IMG/VR virus record: IMGVR_UViG_3300033182_000558
Location: 1 to 57,172 of that record
Length of the DNA: 57,172 bases
Strand: one strand, 5' to 3'
Origin: a virus
Lineage: Duplodnaviria; Caudoviricetes
The notes under the pieces were generated by a model. The model worked only from the letters and a program-made list of their open reading frames with translations, made no database searches and was not told the DNA's origin. Both the position numbers and the translations under genes were made by a program. Of the stretch, positions 55,385-57,172 are shown in pieces (the stretch's first letter is position 1; the number at the start of each line of letters is the position of its first letter).

Positions 55385-56989
55385 ATGGACAACATCCAAT
55401 CTTTAGTTGAAAGTGCCGGTGAACGACATATCCAAAGCCAAAAGGCGAAAGAGCTTGTTTCTAAGTGGGAACATACAGGACTTCTTGAAGGATTAAAATC
55501 TGAACAACAAGCTTCTGCTATGGCTCAAGTACTTGAGAACCAAGCAAAACAACTTTTGGACGAGGCTACTCGTACAGGTACTACTGCAAACTCTGAACAA
55601 TGGGCTGGTGTAGCACTACCCCTAGTTCGTAGAGTATTCGGCGAAATCGCCGCACAGAACTTTGTTTCTGTACAACCTATGAACCTTCCATCAGGTCTAG
55701 TATTTTACTTAGACTACAAGTATGGTACTGTACAAAATGCAAAACCTGCATTTAACAATACTTCTCTTTATGGTGGTCAAGGTGGAACCGACACTCCAAC
55801 CAACGCAGCTACAAACGGTCTGTATGGTGCTGGACGTTTCGGATATTCTATCAATGACGTAGTAACTAGTGGAGTGGCTCCAACTTCTTACGCTAGTGCT
55901 TCTCAAGCTGACGTTAACTTTGACACTACCCTTTCTGCTTCTGTTGCAGCCGGTGAGATTACCAAAGTAACTATCGCGTCTTCTGAATTCACAAACCCTG
56001 ACTTAGAAGGTGTACGTGCTTTCCAAGCTAGTGGTTCTGCTGTTGTATCTAACCTAAACGCATTCAACACCACAAGTGGTGCTAACATCGTATTGTTCGT
56101 ATCTGCTGCCGCTGGTGCTTCTTCTTCTCTTGCAGGAGACTTTGAAGTTGCTTACCACAAACAACCAACTGATAGTTCACGTGGTGACTTTGAAGATGGT
56201 GCTGTTGGAGCTTTCGGTTCTGATATTGACATTCCTGAAATCAACCTTGATGTACAATCAAAAGCCATCGTTGCTAAGACTCGTAAGTTGAAAGCACAAT
56301 GGACTCCTGAATTGGCGCAAGACTTGAATGCATATCACGCTATTGACGCTGAAGCAGAATTGACTTCTGTTCTTTCTGACTACATCTCAATGGAAGTTGA
56401 TTTAGAAATCCTTGATATGTTGATTCAGAATGCCGTAACTACTGACTATTGGTCAGCTCGTGTAGGATATGAGTACGACTCTAACTCAGGTGCTTTTGCC
56501 ATCGGTGGTTCTAGTGGTGCAGGTCTTGCATATCAGAAAAACACTTGGTTCCAAACTTTAGGAACTAAAATCAATAAAGTATCTAACAAAATTCACCAAT
56601 TGACTATGCGTGGTGGTGCAAACTTCTTGGTTGCTTCTCCTGACGTATGTACAATTCTTGAATCTATCCCAGCGTTCTCTGTATCTGCTGGTAAAGATGC
56701 ACTTCAGTTTGCTGCAGGTGTAACTCAAGTAGGTACTCTTGGAAGTCGTTACACGGTTTACAAAAACCCATATATGACTGAAAACACAATCTTGGTAGGT
56801 TACAAGGGAGACAACTTCCTTGAGGCTGGTGCCGTTTACGCTCCATACGTACCATTGATTATGACTCCTACCGTATATGACCCAACCAACTTCACTCCGA
56901 GACGTGGTATTATGACCCGTTACGCTAAAGAAATGACGCGTTCTGAATTCTACGGTGTGATTTACGTTGAAGGTATGGAGACTCTATAA
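55385..56989 (+). CDS. gp23: Major capsid protein (T4 gp23-like)
   Basis: LPLVRR, VSVQPMNLPSGLVFYL, AKTRKLKAQWTPELAQDL.AYH.IDAEAEL, YAPYVPL, FTPRRGIMTRY. Confidence 0.97.
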   Translation: MDNIQSLVESAGERHIQSQKAKELVSKWEHTGLLEGLKSEQQASAMAQVLENQAKQLLDEATRTGTTANSEQWAGVALPLVRRVFGEIAAQNFVSVQPMNLPSGLVFYLDYKYGTVQNAKPAFNNTSLYGGQGGTDTPTNAATNGLYGAGRFGYSINDVVTSGVAPTSYASASQADVNFDTTLSASVAAGEITKVTIASSEFTNPDLEGVRAFQASGSAVVSNLNAFNTTSGANIVLFVSAAAGASSSLAGDFEVAYHKQPTDSSRGDFEDGAVGAFGSDIDIPEINLDVQSKAIVAKTRKLKAQWTPELAQDLNAYHAIDAEAELTSVLSDYISMEVDLEILDMLIQNAVTTDYWSARVGYEYDSNSGAFAIGGSSGAGLAYQKNTWFQTLGTKINKVSNKIHQLTMRGGANFLVASPDVCTILESIPAFSVSAGKDALQFAAGVTQVGTLGSRYTVYKNPYMTENTILVGYKGDNFLEAGAVYAPYVPLIMTPTVYDPTNFTPRRGIMTRYAKEMTRSEFYGVIYVEGMETL

Positions 56990-57024
56990 TTGTTGATTGA
57001 CAATTAACTGTTGACAAATGACCG

Positions 57025-57059
57025 AAGGGGGGTAGTTTTTACTACTCCCCTTTTTTTTT
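57025..57059 (+). terminator. Rho-independent terminator after the major capsid gene
   Basis: AAGGGGGGTAGT-TTTT-ACTACTCCCCTT hairpin followed by a T run. Confidence 0.85.
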
Positions 57060-57080
57060 AAAAAAAAAATAAAAAAACAC

Positions 57081-57109
57081 TTGACATTAATAAAATAATT
57101 GATTATCAT
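57081..57109 (+). promoter_or_regulatory. Sigma70-type promoter for the downstream gene
   Basis: TTGACA-17 nt-TATCAT with an A-rich UP-like tract upstream. Confidence 0.6.
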
Positions 57110-57157
57110 ATAAGTGTTGTGTGAAACAACAAAAACCTAAATTAAAAACTTACAAAA

Positions 57158-57172
57158 ATGACAAAATTAGAA
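57158..57172 (+). CDS. Start of a gene truncated by the window end (MTKLE...)
   Basis: ATG after an A-rich leader downstream of the promoter. Confidence 0.4.

Noticed and set aside
1071-56291. The many other short minus-strand and nested ORFs in the track
   Set aside because: They lie wholly within well-supported + strand genes and have no motifs. The + strand is already tiled by coupled genes.
45224-56989. Inteins, introns or homing endonucleases in terminase, portal or capsid genes
   Set aside because: The ORFs are continuous, of normal size, and lack intein or HNH/LAGLIDADG/GIY-YIG motifs.
1-57172. Stop-codon reassignment
   Set aside because: Code 11 gives dense, full-length genes, and TAA, TGA and TAG (e.g. 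6230, 44250) are all used as stops at gene junctions.
1-57172. tRNA/rRNA genes, integrase or IS elements
   Set aside because: Intergenic gaps are too short and AT-rich, and no cloverleaf or recombinase/transposase motifs were seen.

Overview
This window is a 57 kb, AT-rich, almost entirely + strand segment of a large T4-like (myovirus-type) bacteriophage genome in the standard genetic code. A Bacteroidota host is plausible but inferred. From left to right it holds: (1) the 3' part of a very long, internally repetitive tail fibre gene with a C-terminal peptidase S74 auto-chaperone (<1-5571); (2) a ~33 kb, translationally coupled glycan/small-molecule biosynthesis island (5.8-38.7 kb) with many glycosyltransferases, including two GT7 enzymes with a LamG domain inserted in the catalytic fold, plus radical SAM enzymes, dioxygenases, an amidinotransferase, NDP-sugar enzymes, a split TPP enzyme, SGNH-like proteins and split HldE-type heptose enzymes; (3) a multidomain ParB/nucleotidyltransferase protein next to an RNA-ligase-like gene; (4) the head module: terminase, portal, prohead protease, ribosomal protein bS21, scaffold and major capsid protein. 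The most striking unexplained feature is a 702-aa gene in the head module (51783-53891). It is built of unrelated basic modules separated by six identical in-frame 16-bp repeats (GAATCAGTAAACGAAG, encoding ESVNE). This looks like a recombinable cassette array encoding a cargo polyprotein processed by the prohead protease. All family assignments come from motif recognition by eye; no database searches were run.
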